64,000 bases of DNA from the human T2T-CHM13v2.0 reference genome, Homo sapiens. The notes below the pieces were generated by a model. It was not told the origin of the DNA and made no database searches. It saw only the letters and a program-made list of their open reading frames with translations. The position numbers and the translations under genes were made by a program. The stretch's first letter is position 1. Each line of letters begins with the position of its first letter. This document shows, one piece after another, positions 13,054-26,328 of this stretch. The DNA lies in the NCBI RefSeq assembly GCF_009914755.1, contig NC_060928.1. One strand, 5' to 3'.

Positions 13054-16000
13054 ATTGAACAAAAGGATAGTGAATTGAGGGTGACAAAGTGTCTACAAGA
13101 GGTACATTTATTGCCAGTGGCCATGGAAATGAATGCTGGCAATAATGGAGCAGGGAAGAGACAACCAGGAGTTCAGCCTGCCCTGGTGTCCTATGAATTC
13201 TCCATCACAGAGGGACCAACCAGAGGCTGAAGAGACAAACATTTTCTAAAAACAATGTATAGAAATTTTGACTTTTAAGTGGATTCTTGAAGTAAATAAC
13301 TTTACATTTTTCTCTAATCCAGAAGTTTAATTAGTTTATGATTTCTTGAGGAGCAAACCAATTATTTGGGGAAAAGTTATTTCATTTTTTTAATTCAACA
13401 ACTGATTGTGCTTAGGTATATATGTGTATAGTCTATAGCTATATACATAACCAAAATTATTCACCAGTTCTCAGTTACCTACAAGACAGCAGCCTTATTT
13501 TGAAATATATTACCTAATTTTCCATTTCCTCTTTCTGGACTCCCTTTTTCCATGAATACATTTTTACTAACTTTATGATATGTGGCCTTCAACAAGATCA
13601 TGGGCCCATTATTGAATGTGAACTAAGACAATCAGCAAGTGTGAAAGTATTTGTTCAAAACGGATTCTTCCTCCATCATAGGCACTGTTTACATCAATTA
13701 TCTATTTATCTTTTTTATATTCCTGTGCATATTGAACAATTCTTTCAAAAATACTCACATGATATTGTGTGAAAATAAAGTATTTGTGGGATTACATAGA
13801 TATTCCACAGAAAGGGCAAAACAAGATTCTGGAAATTATAATCTTGATTTCTTTCATTTTGTGTCGTTTACCTTCCCAGTCAAACTTTAGATTTTCAAAG
13901 AATTAGGTGGTGTCTTTTTAGCACTGTTTTTATCCATAGCAATGCTTACTGCCAAATGCCAAAAGTGCCTGAGGCAGTACTGAATTCAATACAGTCTCAT
14001 TAACTGAAGGACTAAGCCTGGAATTGATATTTCACAGGAACTGAGAAATTAAATTCATTTTGAGGTTTACAAGATAATGTTTCAAGATTAACCAATGCTA
14101 ATTTTGCTTAAATTTTTTGAAAGCTCCCAGAAAAGTTAATTGAGATAATTGATTATCTCCACTCCTCTTAAGTATAGAGAAAATTCCGACTCTTACTGAA
14201 TAAACTATAAACTACTATGCTTTTTTTCACTCTCAGAAGAATTTGAGTCAGATAGATCAGGAGATATTTGTGAGCACCTAAGTCTAACTGGTGAATTTCT
14301 GTTCATCTTCCAAAACCTTGCATAGTGCAGTATACTTTATAAATGATTGATAAATATCACCTACCTGATGGGCCACCCTGTTGTTATTGTTCCTAATAAG
14401 TGTTTGTTCTGTGAATATGGTTTCTTTGCAATTACTCTGCTGGCAAAGATAAACCATGGATGTTTAATACCCTTGTTTCAGAAATGGCTTTGTGATTTCA
14501 GTTTGGGATTAAAATAAAGTTACTCCTTTTTTAATACAATACAAATATCTATAGGCCTCACCAGTTTGTAACAATTCCATCAGTTGAATCTAAATTTCAC
14601 TGGCTAAAGTTTTGTACTATATTATCGGGCATTCCAGCCCTGCAAAGTTCTACCCAGATATATCTGAGATTCTTCAAGGATATTTTCCATGTACCCCTAA
14701 ATGAGTCCTGCTTTTTGCTGCTGCCTCTGTTGTCACTGCAGAAGGCCTGCTATGGGTAGTCTCAGCAACAGAGACACACAACCTGTTGATTTAGGATTCA
14801 ATAGCACCACTGTCCTTGCTTCTACTCTCAGATCTAGGGATCTTCAGTCACTGATGCCATCTAACTGAAGGCACACACTTACTGCTGTGGATGCTAGGCA
14901 GGGCTACAACACTTACCTCTACTGAACAGGACCCACTGCCAGAGAAGGCAGCCAGCCTGATGGCTCAGGTCATCAGTGCTCTCATCCCACCCAATTCTTC
15001 TGCTACAAAGTGGGCATGGGAATGGCATTCCTCCTGTAGAATATGTTTGGTTATGGAGATTCCTTAGCAAGGAACTTAGACTCCTAGGTGTTAAGTAGTG
15101 GGATAGCTCCTTTAGTTAGCAAAAATGGCCCTTTTCTCTTTCTGGTATATCTAAACCAACGCAGAGGCTAGGTGGGAGAGATTACAGTATTAGCTGTGTA
15201 TCTGAAACTACTTTTCCTTTCCAACTCTGCAAATTCTCCTCAACCTTCCTATATTTTGTCCTTGATATTAAGTCTCTCTCAAGCCCCTGCTGACTCTACT
15301 TGAAATTTGACTTCTATTAGTCACTCTTTCCTGTGTCCTCAGTTTGCCAGACACGTTTACGTATGATCACACTTCAAAAGCTCCCTGGCATCTGTGTAAA
15401 TCAATTAGATATGGGGTGGGGAAGTATTTTGCAAAGGTGTCATATAACTAAAAAATTCTAGTCATAACTATGCGCTACTGGGATGGACTTTAGATGTGGA
15501 AAGATGTGAAAATGTGAGTGCATATACTCTTTGATTCTTAGAATTTCTGGGTGTACAGGGGTAACTGAAAAGTTCCCTCACGTGATCCTGATACAATTTT
15601 CTGTGATGATAGAATGGAAGTGAAAGGGAAAGGTGGTACCTCTTGCCCCATGCACACTATACCAAAAAATCGCTATCACTAAAAGAATGTCTTATAAATC
15701 TCAAGTTGCAAAATAATGTGCCTAACTTAATTGCTCTTGGAGATTAAAGTAGGTTCAACAGTATTCTCAGAATGGATACGAGGAATTTGAAGAGTAAGAG
15801 GCTGGGAAACTCTGCTGATAGTTTCTCTAGGGTTTTAGTTTATCTTGGTTTTGTTATGCTCTCTATTCCAGCTCCTCTAAACATCATGTTTTAATTAAAT
15901 TATATACTGTCTGAGATCATGTCTCAGGTGGGCTTTTATATTTTTCTCATTCTATAGTTTGGCAGGATGACTTTTTTACCTCATTAAAAAAAATCTTTTT

Positions 16001-16310
16001 TTCTCATTTTACACAAAACAGTTGTAGCTATGTAGTCCAGTTTTATCTTAGCTCTATTGGTCAGCGAAAAATACCAGAATCAGGTCATAAGAGAAGAAGA
16101 GGCCAGAAGAGGCCACAGGAGATTGGGCAGTTCTGGAAGCATAAACATTCTTTAGAATATGCTGATAATGGACACATCTGGTGCTTGACTCTGTAGCAAA
16201 GCAGAAACAAATTTGGATTTGTTAGTATCATGTGGTGATTTACAAGGTCAGTAACAGGTGAGGTGAAATCACAGAATTAGAGAAACTTAGAGCTGAAAGG
16301 TCTTCTAAAT

Positions 16311-16540
16311 CAGTGACTTTCCAACTGTGTTGACTAAAATCTACAATAAGAAATACATTTTCATGACTCAGTATCTACATATGTATATCTAGAACAAACA
16401 TATACACAAAATACACACAAAATAAAAATGTTTATAGTTATTATAAACAAGAATGTTATTATTATTTATTTGATTCTTGAGTCACTATATTAATTTCATA
16501 TTCCACATAGGTTTGTAAACAAAAATTAGAAAATATTATT
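16311..16540. mobile_element. hAT-Charlie MITE (MER112/113-like) inside a MIR (about 16270-16690)
   Basis: cagtgactttccaactg...taagaaatacatttt; MIR pieces on both sides. Confidence 0.45.
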
Positions 16541-17307
16541 GTAGGTCAATTTGACCAGCCTCTCATTTTATAGAGGAATTGGATATCCCTGGCAATTAAG
16601 TGAATTTTACAACCTCTATGGCTAGTGACGCCTGTAAAACCCAGGTCTTCTGGTTCTTCCAGCAATGGTCTCTCCTTAACACCAGTGTATAATCAGTGTT
16701 CTAGGGCATTAGTTTTTAATGTTTCTGTTGGACAATACACTTTATAAGGGTTATAATTTTAATCATATAGTAGTTTTAAAATTAATGGACATTGAATTTT
16801 TATTATTTAGATAACGATACATGCAAAATCTTTGGTTGTCATTCATATTTAATATCCAGGCAAATGGAACAGGCAGAATCTCAATGTGGGGAATGAAAAT
16901 AGAAACTACTGCTAAGAACTAAAATTTTGAGTTTCTCATCCTCCATGGCAGTCAGATTTTCTTGATTCTCAGTCAGGCCATTCCGCAATGAGTCAAGGTC
17001 CTGCATGGCCTCTAGAGGAATTAACTAGGAAATAGCTTTTACGTGAGTAGCAAAAGGCTTCCTGTTGGAAAGGGGCTTTGAGTATTCCTGACTCCTAACT
17101 GGTCTCTTATTAGGAGTTAATGCCCATCAGATAACCTTTCTTGCTTAAGTGCTACTCTGATATTCTCCCTGCCCTTAATGAGTCAATTGTCTAGTATGTA
17201 GCATATATTTCAAATTGCTTTCCCAGTGATGGTTATTGAGTTGTAATGAACTCATGTGGTCCCATTTCAACCCAGTAGCACACCTTACAGAACCAATGAT
17301 TGACCAA

Positions 17308-17470
17308 TTGTTCTGCAAAGTACTGTCATCAGACCATCTGCATCAGACACTAGGTATACATATTAGAAATGCAGAATCCTGAGCCCTGCTACAGATAAAC
17401 CAAACTGGATTCTCAGAGATGAGTCTGGGAATTCACATCATTTACAAGCTTTTCTTTTGTGCATACTAGC
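17308..17470. mobile_element. MER5A-like MITE
   Basis: gcatcag...ttagaaatgcagaatcctgagccc. Confidence 0.6.
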
Positions 17471-17518
17471 TGATGTTGTAAGTTACATGTGGGCAGGTGC
17501 CATATCTGTTTCACTCAT

Positions 17519-18320
17519 TGCTATGGTTTGAAGGTACATGTGTACCTTGTTTTATTGCACTTCACTTTATTGCACTTCACAGATGTTGCATTTTTTCCTT
17601 TTCTTTTTTCCTTTGCTTTTTGTACAAACCGAAGGTTTGTAGCAACCCTGCATCAAGCAAGTCTTTTGGCGCTATTTTTTCATTTCATCAGCATGGGCTC
17701 ACTTTGTGTCTCTGTGTCAGATGATCGTTAGCATTTTTAGCAATAAAGTATTTTAAAATTAAGGTATGTACATTGCTTTTTAGACATAATGCTGTTGCAC
17801 ACTTAATAGACTACAGTATAGTATAAACTAACTTTTATATGCACTGGGAAATAAAAAAATTTTTGAGACTCACTTTATTGACACATTGTCTTTATTGAGA
17901 ATGAAGAGGTGGTCTGAACTGAACCTGCCATATCTCCAGTGCATGTCTGTATCTTCTCCAAAATTCAGGTGTTGCAACTTAATGGCCAATGTGATTGTAT
18001 TTGTGATTTGTATTAAGAGGTAGAGCCTTTAAGAGGTGATTAAGTTATGAGGGCTCCTTCCCTTGAAACCGAGATGAAGGCCCTTATAAAAGGCTTCGCA
18101 CAGTGTTGGGTTAGCTTGCTTTTTGGTTTTCCACCAAGTGAGGACACGGCATTCCATCCCTCCAGAGGATGCAGTAATGAAGCACCATACTGGAAGTGGA
18201 GAGTGGCCCTCTTCATACAACCAAACCTGCCAGCACTCTGATTGTGGACTTCCCAGCCTCCAGAATAATAAATTATCCAATAATTACAGGTATTTTGTTG
18301 TAGCAGCATAGACTAAAATA
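17519..18320 (+). mobile_element. MaLR solo LTR (MLT1A1/MSTD-like) inserted in L2 and interrupted by a Tigger1 derivative
   Basis: tgctatggtttgaa start, ccaaaattcaggtgttg resumes at about 17958, ends gactaaaata; 5-bp TSD ctcat at 17514-17518 and 18321-18325. Confidence 0.85.
17537..17949 (+). mobile_element. Internally deleted (~410 bp) Tigger1
   Basis: Both Tigger1 ends, colinear with the ends of the 6650-9047 copy, joined at about 17720 (tgtgtca|gatgatcg); flanked by TA. Confidence 0.85.
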
Positions 18321-18429
18321 CTCATTACTCTAGCTCTAGTGACTAGCACATAGTAGACACTTAAGAATAATTTGTTGACCAAACAGTTCTCCTCCTACTT
18401 AATTATCTTTAATGTCTGAGGCAACTGAT

Positions 18430-18920
18430 CAACCAACACTTCTGAAAAACTTAGTGAGAGTGTGTGGGCTCTGTCCTTCAATCTTAAGAGAGTCATTTAA
18501 TACCTCTATGCCTAGATTTGCCTATCTGATAAAATGGAGAAGATACTACTACCTAACCCATCTTTGATTATGAGACTGAATGAGTTAATACATACAAAAT
18601 GCTTAGAACAATGCCAAACAGTAAGAGCTCCATAGATGTAAGCCATGTAGTTGTTGGTATGTGCCAGACACATTCTTGGATGTTATCTGTTCTAGTCCTT
18701 TACCCTATTAGATTATTTTCATAGATGAGAAAACTAGATTAGTGACATTTTTAGTGACTTGTCCAAGTCACCAGTACTTGTAAATGTGGGGCTGGATTCA
18801 AACCCAGGTATCTGAGGATGTGAGGCTGGATTCAAACCCAGTTATCTGAGGATGTGAGGCTGGATTCAAACCCAGGTATCTGAGGAGCAAGCAGCCCAGT
18901 GCCTTTGACAATACATAGCT
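18430..18920. mobile_element. Two MIRs (+ about 18430-18650; - about 18650-18920)
   Basis: tctgataaaatggagaag...tgaatgagttaatacatacaaaatgcttagaaca; atagatgagaaaactag...gtgacttgtccaagtcac. Confidence 0.65.
18784..18885. repeat. 34-bp tandem repeat, 3 copies
   Basis: atgtgrggctggattcaaacccagktatctgagg at 18784, 18818, 18852. Confidence 0.95.
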
Positions 18921-19125
18921 GCTCTCTCTCCCTTTCTCTCTAGTTCTCTTGCCACCTTGTTTGTATGAAAAGAATTGTGTTGTTTCCTAAACATTGACAG
19001 AATGTTATCAGGACTTGTCTTCCTATAGAACATAGGCCTACTCTACCATTTACGAATTGCTATCTGATCATCACTGCCATGGTATGCAATGAAAGAAAGA
19101 AAATTCATACTCATTCCTTTAAACC

Positions 19126-19338
19126 AGAGTTTCTCCAGTTGCAACAATATTGACATTTTGGGCTGGATAATTTTGTCATGGGCGCCGTCGAGTGCATGGC
19201 AGGATGTTTAACAGCATTCTTGCCTTCTACTCACAAGATGCCATTAGCACCACCTGGCCTGTGTGACAACCAAACATGTCTCCAGATATTGCCAAACGTC
19301 TCTTGGGAAGCAAAATCAGCCATGATTGAAATCCTGCT
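19126..19338 (+). mobile_element. MER20 (hAT-Charlie MITE)
   Basis: tattgacattttgggctggataatt...gtgacaaccaaacatgtctccagatattgccaaacgtc. Confidence 0.85.
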
Positions 19339-20214
19339 TTCACCAGTTCTATCTCATTCTGTCTCCCCCTTTTCAATCACCTCTACTTTGCTGTCTACTG
19401 TTGCCTCTTCTCTAGCTTCCCATTCAATCCCAGCACAGACAGAGGCAGTGGTCCCTTTCAAAACATATTTCTTCCTGGTGCCTGAATTCTACCACTAGAA
19501 GTTAAAGCGTAGCTTTGAAAAACCTTAAAACATGCAAATCTCTGGAAGAAATTACATGTAATCAATTATTAAATTATAATGATTTAGTCTTATTGAATCA
19601 GTTTTTTATTGAAAGTAGATGATAGGATAAACATGGGACACAATTATTTATATATATATTTTTCCAACAGCACTTACTGCAATGTTTTATGTATAGTACA
19701 TACTTAATAATAGTTGTCGAATTAATGAATAGATGAATAAGTGAGTATTTTAAAGAATTATTAGAAGTGAAGACACTAAGAATAAACTGTTTTTCAAAAA
19801 GAAGTGAAGGAAAGCATTGTTAAAAATAATTTTATTTTTTTAAACAAAAGAGGACATCTAGATATGTTCAAATGAGCTAAAAATATATAAACCAGTGGAG
19901 AGGAAGATACTATAGATACAGAAAACAGTGATGTACTTGAAGGAGTCAGGTGCCAGAGAAAATGTAACAGCAGGATAAAGTTCCCAATCGGAAGAGTTAT
20001 CTTTGCAAAGATGTATTTTCGGTGCTTTTCCTCTTTCAGAATAAAAATTATCTGCATTTTGCAAATAAATGCAGATTCCAGAAGAAATGTCACGCATAAT
20101 TTTCTCTATTTTATTTATGTGTTTTAAGCTTGGAATGGCTTATTTGTTCTCTTACACATGCCACTGATAATTAAGGACTATTCAGCATCAGTCATTGACA
20201 CGTATTTGTCTTAG

Positions 20215-20536
<322 letters not shown>

Positions 20537-22814
20537 TACCTGGAACTATTTTCAAATGTTCGATTTGTAAATTACAGATTTCCCTTTAGAAAGGATACAA
20601 CCCTAATTTGCAAAAATAGATGATGTGTAATCTAAAAAGCAAAATTCACTGGCTTGTGAATTCATGTTTTAGTTTTTAAATTCTGTGCATGAAAGTAAGC
20701 ATATGTGGAATGGCTCCTGGTTTCTGTATTAGATGACGACATGTTGCATTGCAAAAAAAAAAAAAAAAAAATAGCCCTTTGCTGGGTGGAAATCTGAAAA
20801 TTTTGAAAGCAATTTATGCATTTGTCTGAGATCAGCTAAATTTAATCTGTCTGACAAGTTACAAATGACTTGTTTAATAGATCAACTGTGTGAGATGAAA
20901 TGCAAATTAGAAAATGATGAGTGCGGGGTAAATCCTCTGTTCTTTGCCAACAAAAAAAAATGGCTAAGCAGATTTTGATTTATACTTGCTGGACCAATTC
21001 AGGATGGGATTAATAATGCTAACAGCAAAAAGGGTAATCCTTTTTTGTTGCTGTTGTTTTTTAATTGATAAGGCATAGCTTGAAAGTGGGTGCTGGGACT
21101 GTAGAAAAGGGAACCACTATTTTCCTACAGCTGCAGGATTGAAAGGGCTACAAAATATTAGTTTAGTGGCAAGGTGCAAACTGAATTGGAAGTGGCTACA
21201 ATTGCTGTATCCACTCTTTTATGGAAGTACCTCAAGAATGCCCACTCCGAAGTCTACTGCTGGCTACTTCTACCAATCCAGCCACCTCTAATGGCTAGTT
21301 GTTTGATCTGCAATGCATGGCTAATAATAGAACCTAATTTGTGGAATTTCTGTGAGGGCGAAATAAGGTAACCCATGTAAAGACACAGTGCCTTAGAATA
21401 AGCCCTTAGTAAATGTTAGCTGTCATTATTTTTTCTTTTGATGATTAAAAGTAGAAAATATGAAAAGTACAACCCATGCAATGGAAGGAAACTCAGAAAT
21501 TATTTTTGGCTCTAATTTTATTTCAGAAAACCTGTCTTGATCAATCTCTGAGATTTAAAAATCAAGCAAGCAAACAAACAAATAAACAAAAAATGAGTAG
21601 CAGCAACAACAGTGATTTAAAAGCTGAAAGCCTAGACGGGTACACCCCAACCACCTGCAAGCTAAGATCTCTAATAGTAGGGGAATTTGTCTGCTGCGGG
21701 ACCTCCTGTACCCCCAAATTGTATGGTTCTATGTTTGTCACCAGTTCTGCATCTCATTTATACCATGAGTCCATTCCTTATACTTCAGAGCACTCTAGAC
21801 AGGAGTGGCCCTATGACTAGAAGATGACATGGACAATTGTCTCTGGGACTAGACACAGCAACATGTAGGAGTGGTGGGAGAAGAGTAGGCACTAGGGGTG
21901 CATTTTGGGTGACTTATTATTTGATTTTGATTGGGAGCAGGGGCAGAAATATACTGGACTTGCATCATGTTCAAAGCTGAGCAACATCACATTCATTTGT
22001 CAATAAATAGATGCTGTCATTAGAATAATGGAAGAAAGCCACCACTCGGGGGCTGACAATTCTGTTAGCCATTGTGGGCAAAGAATGAGCTGTGTTTCCA
22101 GAATTCTGCCTTCTGGTTCTGAGTGCAGGCACAAGCCGGGTGATATTGGGAAATTCACAATCTCTCTGGACCTCAGCTTCCTCGCCTGTAAAATAATGCT
22201 TCTGACTAGATGGTCGCTAAGATTCCTTTAAAGCCATAATCTGATTATTTGAATGAAAATAATCAGTACACAGGCACCTGTAGATGTAGAGTGGAAATGG
22301 GAAAAATAAAGAAAATGTGAGTATCTAAAAGTAAAGGAGGGTATGGAGATGAGAGAGAGAAAAACAGAAAGCAAGCAAAGGCAGGAGCAGATCAACAACA
22401 GGAAAGAACACAAGACAAAACAGGCAAATGGTGGAAAGAGATGTGGTGAACAAGCACTATAGCTATTTTGTTGGTCAACAGAAGAATTGATTTAAGAAAA
22501 ATCAAGATTCTTGTGCCATAAAATATCTTTCTTTAAAGGCCGCACAAATCTGCTAGCAAGCCAGATGCTTGCTGTTAGAGGAAAAGTTAAGAAATTGAGA
22601 TAATTTCAGTAGGAAATGTGGACACTGAGGAACAGAGGGAGGGGAGGTTTAGGGTAGAGGGAGTGATGCCAAAGAAATGGGCAAAGAAATCAAAGGTGAG
22701 GGATGAGGCATTCCTCCTCTCCTGCACAGCCTGGCTTATCGAAGGCTCTGTAGGTCCAGGAGCCCTTCTGTGCCAAATGTTTCCTACCTCTGCTATAGTC
22801 AGTTCCTGTAAGTC

Positions 22815-23166
22815 AAGATGCTTCTTGACTTACGAGGGGATTATGACTCAGCAAGCCCATCATAAGGTGAAAATATCATCAAGTCAAAAATGCATTTAAT
22901 ACACCTAACCTACTACACATCATAGCTGAGCCTACTTTAAATGTGCTCAGAACACTTACATTAGCCTGCCATTGGGCAAATCATGTAAGAGAAAGTCTAT
23001 TTTATAATGAAGTGTTGAATATATCATGTAATTTATTAAATACTGTACTTGAAGTAAAAAACAAAATGGGTGTATGGTACTCACCATTATTAATGTACAC
23101 AGTTGAAGGCACTATCACAAAGTCAAAAAAATGTTAATTGAACCATCATAAGTCAGGGAATGTCGA
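22815..23166 (+). mobile_element. MER47A (Tigger-family MITE)
   Basis: agatgcttcttgacttacg...aaaatgcatttaatacacctaacctac...gaaccatcataagtcaggga. Confidence 0.8.
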
Positions 23167-24629
23167 TATTTACACATGATGAAAAAAATGGAGGTTCTTT
23201 TCTCTGATATTTTTGACTCTCTGAACATAGCAAGTCTTCAAAATTTCGTTGATCCTTATAGAGACCGGGATTCCTAGAAATCAATATCCAGGCATGCCAT
23301 ATTCAGATTTCAACTACGGTCTGCCCCAGCTGCTTTTAACTTAGGATTCTCAGGAAGAATGTGAAAGATACATATTTTGTATTTATGTCTGGATGTGCAT
23401 CGTAATGGATAAATCTGTTAATTAAGGGGCTTTCAATAAGGCAGGGTTTTATTGTTCCAAAAAACTCTGTGGAATATCCCAGCCAAACTCTCTACATTAT
23501 GCAACAACAAGAACTACAAAGAAACAAAGACAGTACCAAGTTCTCAGAAGGAATAAGATCAGTACTATTGAGCTGACATTTATACAATATCAGAAATGAT
23601 TGCTGAAAAACTTGCCTTCCTGTGAAGTGCAGGTGTCTGTGTTCCTGGACAAGTGGCTGATGCTCATCATCCAAATGTACAAATTGCAAACACCCTAACT
23701 TCTAGAATCTTAAGCAGTTTCTAGCATTTTTCATTTTTATTTTACTTTTTATTTTTTCTAATATATTCTAATACATTAATTTTCATTAATCTACCATGGA
23801 AATGTAGTCTTGCTTCAAATGGCATGCATTAGAGAACTGGTCTACGTGTGAAGACCTGCAATGAGAATGACTATTCAGACATTGCTCAAGGTTACTTTCA
23901 CATTCAATAACCACTAAACTGGACAACTGGTTAGGCAAAGGTTATCTAGCAGAGAAGATTACCAATGAGTGAACAGAACACTCTGATACCTCCTATCTAT
24001 TCACAAAAGAGTATCCAGATTTCAGTGGTCAGTGCTGCTTGAATTACTGAGAGATTCTCATTAGAAGGGCTTTCGAACCTGGTTTTTAACACAGCACCAT
24101 ATCAGTGCCCAAGGTCCTATCTGTACCGTCTAAGCCTTAGATGCTTTGCTGTGCTACTACTTCCATGTCTGTGATCTCTTTTTACTGATCACTTGTCAAA
24201 GTAAATTTCACCATGGCCTAGTGTAAGGTAATAGGCCTTAGAGATAGTCTTGTGAATTTCTGTAATATGTAATGTTGGCTGACTGGTGATATCTTAACTG
24301 TCCAGCTGACAAAGATGATTGCTTTTATTAACTCAATAGAAACTCTTATAAAAGTCAAAGTAATAATTTTATATTATTGTTCAATCACCTGAAAGACAAA
24401 TAATTAAGACATATTCCCTTTGAATTTTATACCTCATTATAAAGATAGAAATGGCTAGCAGGCACAAATCCATGTTTATAGATGCCACCTCTTGTTAAAG
24501 TTCCTAGAAATCGGGGCATCAAGGCAGGAAATTCATCTCTACTCCCAAGTACTCTAGAAGATGTCATAGCCACAGCTACCAAAAAACTGTTCTGATAAAT
24601 TATATTATTATTCCCCAACTTCACTCTCA

Positions 24630-25043
24630 CCCTGTACTTGACTATACATTTACAGCCTTTGCATTACTTCCCAGTAGAGTAGGTGGGGTATACATCCTGC
24701 CCCACCGACTTCAGATTTGGTGATGAGCCTTAGTTTGGCTGATGAAATGTTAGCAGATGTCACGTGAACTGAGGTTCCAAATGTGTGAGCATGGTTAGGT
24801 GTGGTTTCTTGTCCTTCTGCCATCTAGATGATAAGACTGTGCTTTCGGGAGCCACTAGATCCAATACTAGAGGCATGCAGAGCAGACCTGAACCTGAAGT
24901 TGACCCACAGCCTGAGGTAGACCTATCCTGGCCAACCTGCATACCACCCCCCCGAGACAGAAATAAACATCTGTTGTTGTGAGCTACTGAGATTTGGGGA
25001 TTGTGTATTCGATGGCATTATCATACCAGAACTCTGGCCAACA
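24630..25043 (+). mobile_element. MLT1H-like MaLR LTR
   Basis: tttggctgatgaaatgttagcagatgtcac...aaataaacatctgttgttgtgagctactgagatttgggg. Confidence 0.65.
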
Positions 25044-25309
25044 TATCAGAACATTTTCCTTTCTAAATTCTGTTTTCAATGAGGTTTATAAATTCTCCAA
25101 TCCTTCTAATGAAGGGACATATCTAAAGAGATGTGGGGAGGTTACCTCTGCCACATCTCAATAAACATCAAGGCTTTCTATTATTTTTGCACCAGCCTAA
25201 TAAAATGGGCTTTAGAAAGAAAGCAGAAAGCTTATTTGATTTGCTCCTTCTTTTCCCTCACACACAAAATAATTTTTAATGCCATACTCAGTCCCAAGGT
25301 AAGGCCTGA

Positions 25310-25794
<485 letters not shown>

Positions 25795-26328
25795 TGTTAC
25801 AATCATTTTAGCTATGGACACTGACAATTCCTGCCACTGGCTGGCTCAGCTCAATCCAGGTCTTGGAACAGCCCTGGCAAATACAGGCAGTAGGTTAACT
25901 AATCCCTACCTATGCCAGAAGAAGGCACTATAGAGTTAGCCATGTTTCAACCAGTCAGTTTATACTTTCTACCACACGGCTGTCTTCCCATAAGCACTTT
26001 TGCAGCTGGCCCAACTCAGCTGGTCCAGTGATTAAACTGTGTGTGTGGCTGAGCCTTCTGGTTTTCATATGGGATTTGACTACCTACCTACCCTGACACT
26101 GATCAGCTTCACTGGAACTCTGCTATCCTCCCTTACTTTTCACATCCTCTCCTCTCAGGGAACCAGACTTTTCTCCATACCTACAGATAGATATGGTTCA
26201 CTCTGTATAAATTTAGCATCCCAGAAAGGACCCCATCCACCTGACTCTCGGCATCATCCCAAGATTGTACCTGTGCATACGCTGAGGTTCCCTGCATTTC
26301 AGACTGGACTTCATCACACCTACAGTGA

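Noticed and set aside
13570-13690. Possible minus-strand coding exon (AG...GTTAGT)
   Set aside because: Stop codons in all three frames and a weak acceptor
14700-15250. Possible old LTR remnant
   Set aside because: Could not be assigned to a family with any confidence
18784-18885. 34-bp repeats as a CRISPR-like array
   Set aside because: No spacers, MIR-derived, eukaryotic context
20752-20771. PolyA run as a processed-pseudogene tail
   Set aside because: No upstream AATAAA, TSD or mRNA-like body seen
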